Shown here piece by piece: positions 11,030 through 20,561 of a DNA stretch of 62,407 nt. The stretch is taken from assembly GCA_026646335.1 (NCBI GenBank), contig JAPKFY010000001.1, positions 1-62,407 on the forward strand, in the 5' to 3' direction. This DNA comes from Aequorivita sp. (GTDB lineage Bacteria > Bacteroidota > Bacteroidia > Flavobacteriales > Flavobacteriaceae). Positions within the stretch are counted from its first letter, which is position 1; every line of letters begins with the position of its first letter. A program made the position numbers and the translations under genes. Under the pieces are notes generated by a model. The model saw only the letters and a list, made by a program, of their open reading frames with translations. It did no database searches and was not told the DNA's origin.

Positions 11030-11797
11030 ATGAAAAATTCCATCTCTATAGAGGCTACACGGTTTAAAGCGCTCCGTGAAGAGCTACGCCACACCCAGCA
11101 ATCGTTTGCGGATCTTCTTGATGTTGGCGCCACAACTGCTGATATTGAAAGAGGTAAGACCAAGATTACCGGAAAAGTTGTGATGGAGCTTATGGCTCAA
11201 TTCAATATTAATCCTTTGTGGCTTTACGGCAAGAGTTTTGAAAAACATATAGATACGTCTCGTGGCGACGTAAGTCCAAAGGTCGTAACCTTGGATGTTT
11301 CTGGCAACGACAGTATTTTATTGGTAAACCAAAGGGCCGCCGCCGGTTATCCTAACAATATTCACGACTTAGGATGGTATCAAAGCCTGCCTGCATTCAA
11401 TATTCCTTTGCCGGAATTTAGAAATGCGTCTTATCGCGGTTTTCAGGTTGAAGGCGATAGTATGCTACCAAATATTAAACCAAACGAATGGGTTTTGGGC
11501 CGTGCAGTGCCGAGTATTAACGAGGCCACTGACTGCAAGATTTATATCGTAGTTTTAAGAGATTCGGTTTTGGTGAAAAAACTTCAAAAAATTCCGAATA
11601 GCCCACAAAGCATTAGGCTTATTTCCCTTAATGATGAATATTTGCCTATTGATGTAAAAGTGAATGATATCCAAGAGCTTTGGATGGTAAACAGCAAGTT
11701 GAGTTTTGGAGTGGACGAGCCTTCTGAAAGTAATTTGCTGCGTCAACTGCAGCAATCTATGGACGAATTGAAGGGACAAATAAGCAATCTGAAATAA
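11030..11797 (+). CDS. XRE-HTH + S24 peptidase repressor (LexA-like)
   Basis: N-terminal HTH, AAAG cleavage site, catalytic GDSM serine and VKKL lysine. Confidence 0.85.
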   Translation: MKNSISIEATRFKALREELRHTQQSFADLLDVGATTADIERGKTKITGKVVMELMAQFNINPLWLYGKSFEKHIDTSRGDVSPKVVTLDVSGNDSILLVNQRAAAGYPNNIHDLGWYQSLPAFNIPLPEFRNASYRGFQVEGDSMLPNIKPNEWVLGRAVPSINEATDCKIYIVVLRDSVLVKKLQKIPNSPQSIRLISLNDEYLPIDVKVNDIQELWMVNSKLSFGVDEPSESNLLRQLQQSMDELKGQISNLK

Positions 11798-11853
11798 AAA
11801 AGAAGGGATACTCCTTTAGCAGTATCCCTCTTTGTTTTTAAAAGACTAAGGAT

Positions 11854-12102
11854 TTACTCTTTGTCTTTTACTTTTATTTTGACGTTTCCATCATCATCGG
11901 TTTTGATTTTGACCTTTTCGTCTTCGGTTTCCATCTTTATTTTGTCACCGTCATCTTTTACTTTAATATCAGCGCCTTTATCTTGCATATCGTCAATTAA
12001 GGACTCTTCTAAGGTTTCTTCTTGGGGTTTTTGATCTCTACAGGAAGAAAGGGAAACAGTTAAGAATCCCGCAAATAGGGCAATCATTGTTAGCTTTTTC
12101 AT
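11854..12102 (-). CDS. Small lipoprotein
   Basis: Lipobox SSC followed by RD; KIKxxDD repeats. Confidence 0.75.
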   Translation of the reverse strand: MKKLTMIALFAGFLTVSLSSCRDQKPQEETLEESLIDDMQDKGADIKVKDDGDKIKMETEDEKVKIKTDDDGNVKIKVKDKE

Positions 12103-12136
12103 AGTTTTTAAGTTTTGGGTTAGTTTTTATTAATTA

Positions 12137-12352
12137 TTAGTCGTTCCCGATTTCGTCAATTTTTTTATCGATTTCCTCGTTTACTTCTTTATCCACTTCT
12201 TTGGCGGCACGTTCCAGAATTCCCTTACTTTCATCAGTTTCGGGACTTTCTACTTTCACTTCGCGAATCACTTCTTTGGTTTCCGTCGTTGTTTCACGGC
12301 ACGAGCCCAAAGTTAAAGTTGCAATGGAAATCAGTATAAATAGCTTTTGCAT
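12137..12352 (-). CDS. Small lipoprotein
   Basis: Lipobox GSC followed by RETTTE, similar to the 10633-10872 protein. Confidence 0.75.
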   Translation of the reverse strand: MQKLFILISIATLTLGSCRETTTETKEVIREVKVESPETDESKGILERAAKEVDKEVNEEIDKKIDEIGND

Positions 12353-12495
12353 TATTAGATTGTTTTAATGGTTTCGACAAATCTAACCTTTAAAAGATGG
12401 AGAATTAATAATTATATCCCAAAAAATGTAAAAAAAATATTAATATCGTGTTATTGTTTTAAGAAAACTTCAATTTTTATAAAAAGCGGGAAGAA

Positions 12496-13737
12496 TTATT
12501 TTAAAATAGTCGTGATGTAATTGACTATTTTTTGTGTGGCACCGGTATTTTTGTTCACAAAGTGGCCACAGATCATTCCGGTTTTGTTTCGGAAGTTGTC
12601 ATTCGCTGCTAACTTGTTCAAAATCTCGCTACATTCTGAAGTATTCTTAACAGAATAAAGACCTGCAAGATCTTGTAAACGAATAGCTTCAGGAAATTCG
12701 TTGTAGTTTTTTCCAATCACGATTGGCACCCCAAAAGTGGCTGGTTCCAAAATATTATGAAGCCCTGTCTTTCCCATTGCGCCACCCACATAAGCGATGT
12801 CCGCATAACTGTATAGTTTGCTCAACAAGCCAATGCAGTCAATTATCAAAACCGAATATTCTGAAATGTTCACTTCGTCTTTAATAGAATGAAGCACTGT
12901 TTTTTTTATAATAGTTTTAGTGAAAGCTTCAATCTTATCGGGTTCTATTTTATGTGGAGCGATGATAAATTTCACATTTTCAGGGGATGAGTTTATATAA
13001 TCCAAAAGTACAGCTTCATCCTCTGGCCAAGTACTTCCGCAAACAATGCAAAGCGAATTTCCTTTAAAATCTTCGGCAAACTTCAGGGTGTTGTCCATTT
13101 CAATCTGGTGCGAAACCCTGTCGAACCTTGTATCGCCGCTAACGGTAACATTGTTGAAGCCGATGCTCTTCAGAAGTGCTTCGGAATTTTCTTCCTGCAA
13201 AAAAAAGTGATCAAAACTGTCGAGCGCCTTTCGCATAAAGCCTCCGTAGCTTTTGAAAAAGATCTGTTTTTTTCTAAAAACGCCCGAAACCAAAAGCGTT
13301 GGAATGTTTTTTTTCTTAAGCCCAAAAAGGTAATTGGGCCAAAATTCATATTTCACAAAAAACACAAGCGATGGGTGAACTGCCGCAATAAACTTTTCTG
13401 CGTTTGATTGTGTATCCATCGGCAAATATACCACTGCATCTGCTAAAGGTGTGTTTTTTTTAATTTCAAAACCCGATGGCGAAAAAAAACTGACCACTAT
13501 TTTATGGCCGGGCTTTAATTTCTTCATTGCTTCCATAATTGGAACACCTTGTTCAAATTCGCCCAAAGAAGCGCAATGGAACCAAACGGTTTTATCAGTA
13601 GGTGCAATTTTTTGTTGAAGAATTTCAAAAACATCCTTTCTGCCATTGACAAAAAGTTTCATTTTTTTGTTGAACTGCGCTACGACCCCCAAATGAAAGG
13701 AAGTTATGTGAATCAAGATATTGTAGATTGTATGCAT
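12496..13737 (-). CDS. waaA: 3-deoxy-D-manno-octulosonic acid (Kdo) transferase
   Basis: WFHCASLGEFEQ, KYEFWPN, GDTRFDRV, GSTW and HNILEPA motifs. Confidence 0.9.
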   Translation of the reverse strand: MHTIYNILIHITSFHLGVVAQFNKKMKLFVNGRKDVFEILQQKIAPTDKTVWFHCASLGEFEQGVPIMEAMKKLKPGHKIVVSFFSPSGFEIKKNTPLADAVVYLPMDTQSNAEKFIAAVHPSLVFFVKYEFWPNYLFGLKKKNIPTLLVSGVFRKKQIFFKSYGGFMRKALDSFDHFFLQEENSEALLKSIGFNNVTVSGDTRFDRVSHQIEMDNTLKFAEDFKGNSLCIVCGSTWPEDEAVLLDYINSSPENVKFIIAPHKIEPDKIEAFTKTIIKKTVLHSIKDEVNISEYSVLIIDCIGLLSKLYSYADIAYVGGAMGKTGLHNILEPATFGVPIVIGKNYNEFPEAIRLQDLAGLYSVKNTSECSEILNKLAANDNFRNKTGMICGHFVNKNTGATQKIVNYITTILK

Positions 13738-13946
13738 CGGCTGTAAAAATACTAAATTCAGTGTTCAGTATTCAGCGTTCTGGAATCAGTTTTTGAATAG
13801 GCAGTATTGGAATTTAGATTTTTAATATTGTTAAAAGGTATCACATTCCCAATCACAGAGCCTAATCCCAAATTAACGAATCCCGAATCACTGCATATCA
13901 AATATCATTTTCGTAATTTTACCGAACTCAAAATTATCTCAGCAGT

Positions 13947-15104
13947 ATGAAAAAAATACAAATGGTCGATCTAAAAGGTCAGTATGAAAAGATTAAGGAG
14001 CGCGTGGACAGTTCCATAATGAACGTCATTGAAACCACCGCTTTTGTGAATGGTCCCGAGGTTCACCAATTTCAAAAGGAGCTTGAAGAATATTTAGATG
14101 TAAAACACGTAATTCCCTGTGCCAACGGTACCGATGCCTTGCAGATTGCAATGATGGGTCTTGGCTTAAAGCCCGGTGATGAAGTGATTACGGCCGATTT
14201 CACTTTTGCTGCAACTGTTGAGGTTATCGCGCTATTGCAACTCACCCCGGTTTTGGTAGATGTGGATCCAATAAATTTCAATATAGATGTTGAAGCTATT
14301 AAAAAAGCGATAACGCCAAACACGAAAGCAATTGTCCCTGTTCATCTTTTCGGCCTTGCGGCAAATATGGACGAAATTATGGCCATTGCCAAAGAACACA
14401 ATCTTTACGTAATTGAAGATAACGCCCAGGGAATTGGTGCAGATTATACATCAAAAGACGGAACTAAACGGAAAACCGGAACCATTGGGCATGTGTCTTC
14501 CACATCATTCTTTCCTTCAAAAAATTTAGGTTGTTATGGTGATGGCGGAGCGATATTTACCAATGACGATGATTTGGCCCACATTATCCGCGGGATTGTA
14601 AATCACGGAATGTACGTGCGCTACCATCACGATGTGGTGGGTGTAAATAGCAGGTTGGATTCCATTCAGGCTGCGGTGCTTCGCGTTAAATTGCCACATT
14701 TGGATAATTATAATACCGCTCGAAAAAAAGCTGCTCAGAAATATTCCGATGCGTTTAAAGAACATAAAAACATAATTACTCCAACAGGTTGTGGCAAATG
14801 CTCGGAAACCAGTTTTGCGAATTGCAATTGCCATGTTTTCCATCAATACACCTTAAAAGTTGTAGATGCAGACCGCGATGCGTTGGTGAACCATTTAAAC
14901 GAAAAAGGGATTCCGTGTGGCGTGTATTACCCAATTCCACTGCATCTTCAAAAGGCATACAAAGATGAACGCTATAAAGAAGAAGATTTTGTTGTTACCA
15001 ATCAGTTGATAAAGGAAGTGATCTCATTGCCGATGCATACCGAACTTGATGATGAACAGATTGATTATATTACAGAAACCGTAATAAAATTCGTTGCCAA
15101 ATAA
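13947..15104 (+). CDS. DegT/DnrJ/EryC1/StrS family aminotransferase
   Basis: NGTDALQIA, IEDNAQ, SFFPSKNLGCYGDGG and NSRLD motifs. Confidence 0.92.
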   Translation: MKKIQMVDLKGQYEKIKERVDSSIMNVIETTAFVNGPEVHQFQKELEEYLDVKHVIPCANGTDALQIAMMGLGLKPGDEVITADFTFAATVEVIALLQLTPVLVDVDPINFNIDVEAIKKAITPNTKAIVPVHLFGLAANMDEIMAIAKEHNLYVIEDNAQGIGADYTSKDGTKRKTGTIGHVSSTSFFPSKNLGCYGDGGAIFTNDDDLAHIIRGIVNHGMYVRYHHDVVGVNSRLDSIQAAVLRVKLPHLDNYNTARKKAAQKYSDAFKEHKNIITPTGCGKCSETSFANCNCHVFHQYTLKVVDADRDALVNHLNEKGIPCGVYYPIPLHLQKAYKDERYKEEDFVVTNQLIKEVISLPMHTELDDEQIDYITETVIKFVAK

Positions 15105-16126
15105 TGAAAAAAATACTCGTTACAGGCGGTTTGGGCTACATTGGTTCCCATACCGTTGTTGAACTTCAAAATTCAGGTTATCAGGTTGTCATTATTGATA
15201 ATCTTTCCAATTCCTCGTTGGATGTTTTGGAAGGCATAACCAATATTTCCAAGATACCGCCGACTTTTGAGAGACTTGATCTTCGTTTTAAAGCGGATGT
15301 TTCAGATTTTTTCAAAAGAAATCAAGACATTGAAGGGGTTATCCATTTCGCAGCCAGTAAAGCGGTTGGCGAAAGTGTTGAAAACCCATTATTATATTAC
15401 GAAAACAATCTTAGCACATTAATTTACCTGCTTCAGGAATGTAATTCTTATGGAATTGAGAATTTTATATTCAGTTCTTCGTGCACGGTTTATGGCGAGC
15501 CAGATTCGCTGCCCATTACGGAGGATGCACCTGTGAAACCAGCAACTTCTCCTTACGGAAATACGAAACAGATAAGCGAAGAAATATTAAAGGACACTTG
15601 CTCAATTTCTTCTTTAAAAGCTATTGCACTGCGCTATTTTAACCCAATTGGTGCGCACAAAACATTAGAAATAGGAGAGCTTCCCGCAGGCGTGCCTCAA
15701 AATTTAGTCCCGTTCATTACACAGACTGCCGCTGGTTTACGAAAGGAATTATCTGTTTTTGGAGATGATTACCCAACGGAGGACGGTAGTTGTATTCGCG
15801 ATTATATTCACGTAGTGGATTTGGCAAAGGCACACGTTATTGCATTGCAACGATTGCTTTCAGTGAAAAATCAATCAAATTTTGAAGTCTTCAATCTTGG
15901 TACTGGTAGAGGAAGTTCTGTTTTGGAAGTGGTAAATTCCTTCGAAAAAACTACGGGCGAAAAATTGAACTACAAAATCGTTGATCGTCGTCCCGGAGAT
16001 GTGATTTCAGTATATGCAGATACCAAAAGGGCGAATGAAGTTTTAGGCTGGAAAGCTGAAAAAACAATGGAAGACGCTTTGGAATCGGCTTGGAAATGGG
16101 AGAAGAAAATACGCGGTATTCAGTAA
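15104..16126 (+). CDS. galE: UDP-glucose 4-epimerase
   Basis: TGGLGYIGSH, HFAASKAVGES, YGNTK and LRYFNPIGAH motifs. Confidence 0.93.
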   Translation: MKKILVTGGLGYIGSHTVVELQNSGYQVVIIDNLSNSSLDVLEGITNISKIPPTFERLDLRFKADVSDFFKRNQDIEGVIHFAASKAVGESVENPLLYYENNLSTLIYLLQECNSYGIENFIFSSSCTVYGEPDSLPITEDAPVKPATSPYGNTKQISEEILKDTCSISSLKAIALRYFNPIGAHKTLEIGELPAGVPQNLVPFITQTAAGLRKELSVFGDDYPTEDGSCIRDYIHVVDLAKAHVIALQRLLSVKNQSNFEVFNLGTGRGSSVLEVVNSFEKTTGEKLNYKIVDRRPGDVISVYADTKRANEVLGWKAEKTMEDALESAWKWEKKIRGIQ

Positions 16127-16160
16127 TACAGCAGTCAGTACGCAGAAATTTGGTATTTTT

Positions 16161-16215
16161 CATAACCCATAACCCATAACCCATAACCCATAACCCATAA
16201 CCCATAACCCATAAC
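16161..16215. repeat. Heptamer tandem repeat (CATAACC)x~8
   Basis: Seven full units plus one partial, read directly. Confidence 0.95.
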
Positions 16216-16356
16216 TAAAAGCAGGTTTAACCCAGGTTTAACGCTAATAGTTTGGAATTGGCCATTGAGACCTGTTTCTTTGCACCCGAACAGTACTCTG
16301 GACTTTTGCTTTCAAAGACAATACTTTGCGGGCCTAAGGGAGTCAAAAAAACAAGA

Positions 16357-16548
16357 ATGAAGTTAGTTTCAGTGAAACGACAAACAAAAGTAGAAAAACG
16401 ATTTACGGAAAGAATGGGAATGTTCACAACAAGTGTGATCTACATTAAAAAAACATTTTTAAACATTCCTTTTAAAACCTTGCATAAATACCGCGAAACC
16501 TATTATGGTAAAACGAAGGACTGTGAGGATTGTAGAATAAGCGCATAA
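16357..16548 (+). CDS. Small hypothetical protein (63 aa)
   Basis: In-frame ATG at 16357 (MKLVSVKRQT...), C-terminal CEDC, followed by a terminator. Confidence 0.55.
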   Translation: MKLVSVKRQTKVEKRFTERMGMFTTSVIYIKKTFLNIPFKTLHKYRETYYGKTKDCEDCRISA

Positions 16549-16572
16549 AGAATTTCGAGTATAGAATAATGA

Positions 16573-16610
16573 AAACACCGAATGAAAATCCTCATTCGGT
16601 GTTTTTTTTT
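16573..16610 (+). terminator. Intrinsic terminator
   Basis: CACCGAATGA-AAATCC-TCATTCGGTG followed by a T-run. Confidence 0.75.
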
Positions 16611-16753
16611 AATAGGTAAATCATATTAAAGAACGGAAAGACGATTTGCTGAAACACTTAGAGCAAATTTTCATAAAAATTAAGTGGGGTATGAAGTAAA
16701 ATTTCATTAATTTTGAATCATTCTAAATAAGAAATTTTAAAATATAAATAAAT

Positions 16754-17098
16754 ATGAAAATAGCATCATTGATTAACGAACTTCAATACCACGAAAGCAG
16801 GCCAACTATACAAGTTTTAATGGAAACTGAGACGGGAAAGGAAATTAGAATCGCCTTTAAGGAAGGTCAGGTAATGAAAGAGCACAAAACCCCTTTTCCC
16901 ATTGTTGTTGAAATCTTTGAAGGTGTTATTGATTTTGGTGTAAACGGGACCATTCACAATTTGAAAAAAGGAGCCTTGGTTGCACTTGAAGGCGGAATTC
17001 CCCACGATCTAAAAGCATTAGAAACAAGCACAGTAAGATTGAGCCTTAACAAAGCAGATTCCGCGAAACGGGTTGAGGATGTCGCAAAAAATTCCTGA
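16754..17098 (+). CDS. Cupin domain protein
   Basis: MKEHKTPFPI and GGIPHDL cupin motifs. Confidence 0.8.
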   Translation: MKIASLINELQYHESRPTIQVLMETETGKEIRIAFKEGQVMKEHKTPFPIVVEIFEGVIDFGVNGTIHNLKKGALVALEGGIPHDLKALETSTVRLSLNKADSAKRVEDVAKNS

Positions 17099-17186
17099 TT
17101 TACAACAAGAAAAAGGAAAGGCGTACTGAAGTTAAATGTTTTGATTACACTTCGAAATACGCGTTTTCACTATTAAATTTTAAGAA

Positions 17187-18515
17187 ATGTACTCAAAAGA
17201 AAAAATAGATTCTTTTTTAATACAGGCTCCTATTTTAAAGGAGATTATGGATTTAAAACCTGTAGTCTGGCTTAATCCCAACATAAAATCGAAAGCGGAG
17301 ATGCCTGCTTTTCCACTTAAAAAGGAAGATATGGAATCGGCAGCGCAATTGTGGGAACGGTTTGCGCCATTTTTTGTAAAAGCCTTTCCCGAAACTGCCG
17401 AAGCAAACGGAATTCTTGAATCGCCGTTGGAGGAAATCCAGAAAATGAAGGTGGTTTTAAATAAAGAAAACCCAAAAATACAAGGACGGTTCTTTTTAAA
17501 ATGCGACAATGCCCTTCCCATTGCGGGTTCCATAAAAGCACGCGGTGGGTTTTTTGAAGTTTTGCACTATGCAGAAGAATTGGCGTTTAACGCGGGTATT
17601 TTAAATAGGGAGGATAATTACGGTGTTTTTACTTCTAATAAATTCAAACAATTTTTCAGTAAATATAAAATTGGGGTGGGTTCTACCGGAAACCTTGGGT
17701 TGAGTATTGGAATTATTAGTGCTAAGTTGGGTTTTCAAGTAACAGTCTATGTTTCTGCTGATGCCAAAAAGTGGAAAAAGGATTTGTTGCGTTCCAAAGG
17801 AGTGCAAGTAATTGAGTTAGCTGGCGATTTCAGCGAAGCCATTCTCGCGGGAAGACAAAAAACAAATGCCGATCCAATGGCGTATTTTGTGGATGATGAA
17901 AATTCGCACGAATTGTTTTTAGGCTACACAGTGGGCGCGCTCCGGTTGGCAAAACAATTGGAAGAAGCAAATATCACGGTAGATACTGAACATCCTTTGT
18001 TTGTGTATTCCCCTTGTGGTGTGGGAGGTTCTCCTGGAGGCACCGCTTTTGGACTGAAACAAATTTATGGTGACAATGTGCATTGTTTTTTTGTGGAACC
18101 CACACATTCTCCAGCGGTTTTAACAGGTTTGGTTACTGGCGAAATGAGCAATATAAGTGTGCAGGATATTGGAATAGACAACAAAACCGAAGCCGACGGT
18201 TTGGCGGTTGGGCGTCCTTCCAATTTTGCCACGAATGTTAGCGGACATTTGGTCAGTGGTATTTATACTATCGAGGATGACCATCTTTTTAAACTGTTGG
18301 CACAGCTGATGGACACAGAAAAAATATTTTTGGAACCATCCGCCACAGCGGGACTAATTGGCCCACAGATGGTTGCGAAAACAGATTACGCCGCAAAAAA
18401 CAATCTTAAAATGGAAAATGCCACCCATATTGTCTGGGCCACGGGAGGAAACTTGGTTCCCGATGAGGAGCGGAAGATGTTTTATGAACGGGGAATAAGT
18501 GAACTTGCGGATTGA
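17187..18515 (+). CDS. dsdA: D-serine ammonia-lyase
   Basis: LPIAGSIKARGG PLP-lysine, VGSTGNLGLSIG, PCGVGGSPGG, LEPSA and WATGG motifs. Confidence 0.9.
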   Translation: MYSKEKIDSFLIQAPILKEIMDLKPVVWLNPNIKSKAEMPAFPLKKEDMESAAQLWERFAPFFVKAFPETAEANGILESPLEEIQKMKVVLNKENPKIQGRFFLKCDNALPIAGSIKARGGFFEVLHYAEELAFNAGILNREDNYGVFTSNKFKQFFSKYKIGVGSTGNLGLSIGIISAKLGFQVTVYVSADAKKWKKDLLRSKGVQVIELAGDFSEAILAGRQKTNADPMAYFVDDENSHELFLGYTVGALRLAKQLEEANITVDTEHPLFVYSPCGVGGSPGGTAFGLKQIYGDNVHCFFVEPTHSPAVLTGLVTGEMSNISVQDIGIDNKTEADGLAVGRPSNFATNVSGHLVSGIYTIEDDHLFKLLAQLMDTEKIFLEPSATAGLIGPQMVAKTDYAAKNNLKMENATHIVWATGGNLVPDEERKMFYERGISELAD

Positions 18516-18534
18516 ATTAGAAGCATAATTTCTG

Positions 18535-18582
18535 AAAATAAAAACTCCGAATGAAACTGTATCATTCGGAGTTTTTATTTTT
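18535..18582. terminator. Bidirectional terminator between dsdA and fabD
   Basis: AAAACTCCGAATGA...TCATTCGGAGTTTT hairpin. Confidence 0.8.
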
Positions 18583-18636
18583 CGAATTAACGTATTAACG
18601 TATTAACGAATTAACGAATTAACGAATTAACGAATT
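18583..18636. repeat. Octamer tandem repeat (CGWATTAA)x~7
   Basis: Read directly; abuts the fabD stop codon. Confidence 0.9.
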
Positions 18637-19517
18637 CACATTTCCGCTTTTTCAGTCTCCATAGAAGAATCAATTTTTTTAACCAATCCCTGCAAAACAT
18701 TTCCAGGACCAACCTCGATAAATTTGGTCGCTCCATCTTTTATCATGTTCTGTATGCTCTGAGTCCACTTTACGGGAGCGGTGAGTTGGAAGATGAGGTT
18801 TTCCTTTATTTCCGAAGGATCTGTAACAGCAAAGGTTGAAACGTTTTGATAGATTGGGCAGGCTGGTTCGGTAAATTGAGTAGCTTCAATGGCAGCTGCC
18901 AGCTCTTCTCTTGCGGGTTCCATCAGCGGACTGTGAAATGCGCCACCAACGGGCAGGATCAAGGCTCTGCGCGCGCCAGCTTCTTTTAAACTTTCACAAG
19001 CTCTTCCGACAGCTTCCACCTCACCTGAAATTACCAGCTGACCGGGACAGTTGTAATTTGCGGCCACTACAATTCCAGGAGTGTTGGCGCAGATTTCTTC
19101 AACTAAATGATCTTCCAAGCCTAAAACAGCAGCCATTGTTGAAGGGGTCAATTCGCAAGCGTGCTGCATTGCCAAAGCGCGTTTGTAAACTAATTGCAAA
19201 CCATCGCTAAAAGCAAGGGTTCTATTGGCCACCAAGGCCGAAATTTCGCCCAAAGAATGTCCCGCAACCATATCGGGTTGAAACTTATTGCCCATCACTT
19301 TCGCTAATATAGTGGAGTGAAGAAAAATAGCGGGTTGCGTTACTTTTGTTTCCTTCAATTCATCAGCGGTGCCTTCAAACATTATCTTGGTGATATCGAA
19401 GCCCAAAACTTCATTTGCTTGCTGAAACAACTCTTTCGCTTTTGAAGAGTTTTCGTATAGATCTTTGCCCATACCAGTAAATTGAGCGCCTTGTCCGGGG
19501 AATATGTATGCTTTCAT
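18636..19517 (-). CDS. fabD: Malonyl-CoA:ACP transacylase
   Basis: FPGQGAQ, AGHSLGE and GAFHSPLM motifs. Confidence 0.95.
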   Translation of the reverse strand: MKAYIFPGQGAQFTGMGKDLYENSSKAKELFQQANEVLGFDITKIMFEGTADELKETKVTQPAIFLHSTILAKVMGNKFQPDMVAGHSLGEISALVANRTLAFSDGLQLVYKRALAMQHACELTPSTMAAVLGLEDHLVEEICANTPGIVVAANYNCPGQLVISGEVEAVGRACESLKEAGARRALILPVGGAFHSPLMEPAREELAAAIEATQFTEPACPIYQNVSTFAVTDPSEIKENLIFQLTAPVKWTQSIQNMIKDGATKFIEVGPGNVLQGLVKKIDSSMETEKAEM

Positions 19518-19553
19518 TTTTTAGTTTTTTTCAGAGAATTAAATATAAAATAT

Positions 19554-20039
19554 TTATTTGCGAACCCAAGTTTCATAAGTGAAAGAATAGTTGTGTTTTT
19601 CATCTTTCCCGTGTTCTATTTCAGAAACAAGATGCCATTCTTCCGTTGAAAATTCTGGAAAAAAAGTATCGGCATTGTCAAAAATTTCATTCACGCGAGT
19701 TAGTTCAATCTTATCAGCAAATGGCAATCCCATTTTATAAATTTCGCCACCGCCAATTATAAAAGGCTGGGCGTCATTTTTAGAAATTTTAAGCGCTTCC
19801 TCCATACTGTTAACCACCACGGCACCTTCTTTTCTATAATCTTTATTTCGAGTAATAACAAGATGTGTTCTGTTGGGAAGCGGTTTTGGAAACGTTTCAA
19901 AAGTTTTCCTTCCCATAATAATATAGTGGCCAGTTGTTAGTTGCTTAAACCGTTTAAAGTCATCAGGCAAATGCCAAAGCAAATCATTGTCCTTTCCCAG
20001 TTCATTGTTTTCGCCGGCGGCGGCAATCATTGTAATCAT
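19554..20039 (-). CDS. folA: Dihydrofolate reductase
   Basis: LWHLPDD, MGRKTF, PLPNR, IIGGGEIY and ADTFFP motifs. Confidence 0.95.
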   Translation of the reverse strand: MITMIAAAGENNELGKDNDLLWHLPDDFKRFKQLTTGHYIIMGRKTFETFPKPLPNRTHLVITRNKDYRKEGAVVVNSMEEALKISKNDAQPFIIGGGEIYKMGLPFADKIELTRVNEIFDNADTFFPEFSTEEWHLVSEIEHGKDEKHNYSFTYETWVRK

Positions 20040-20473
20040 TGTTCGTCTGGCGCTAAGGGGTTGTTCAGCTCGTTTTTTTTTAATTCTTCGGAAGGGATTT
20101 TAGGCAGTTGTAGTTCTGTATCCACTTTTTTCTGAAGTTCAGCCATGCGTTCGGCCTGTCGCGCTTTCAGTTTTTCTAGTTGGCGGTCCTCCCATTCCTT
20201 ATCCATGAACTTATTCATTACAAATACATTGAAAAGATGTACGAGAAATATAAAAGTCCAGATTAAAATGGCCCAGACAAACCAATTTTGGAACAGTGTT
20301 TCATTCCCGTAGCCCAAAATGGGATCGATGATTATCAACAACACCGATCCCACCAAAAACAAAATAAAATGGCGCATTAGGTTCTTTTTCTGTTTTATGC
20401 GGCGGCGGGCGTACTCGTACTGTTCGCGCTGTTCAGCATCAATTCTTTCGGTTTTTTTGGCTTTTGAAAACAT
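20036..20473 (-). CDS. 2TM domain-containing protein
   Basis: YEYARRRIKQKK followed by two TM helices and KEWEDR; overlaps the folA start. Confidence 0.75.
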   Translation of the reverse strand: MFSKAKKTERIDAEQREQYEYARRRIKQKKNLMRHFILFLVGSVLLIIIDPILGYGNETLFQNWFVWAILIWTFIFLVHLFNVFVMNKFMDKEWEDRQLEKLKARQAERMAELQKKVDTELQLPKIPSEELKKNELNNPLAPDEQ

Positions 20474-20561
20474 AGTTGTTTACTTTCGTTGAAATTCAAT
20501 GACTACTGATTGGTTCAGCATTGTAAAAATACCTAATTTTCACCGTTTAGACCACTCACTT

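Noticed and set aside
15951-16205. ORF MGYGLWVMGYGLWV
   Set aside because: Translation artefact of the (CATAACC)n repeat, antisense to galE
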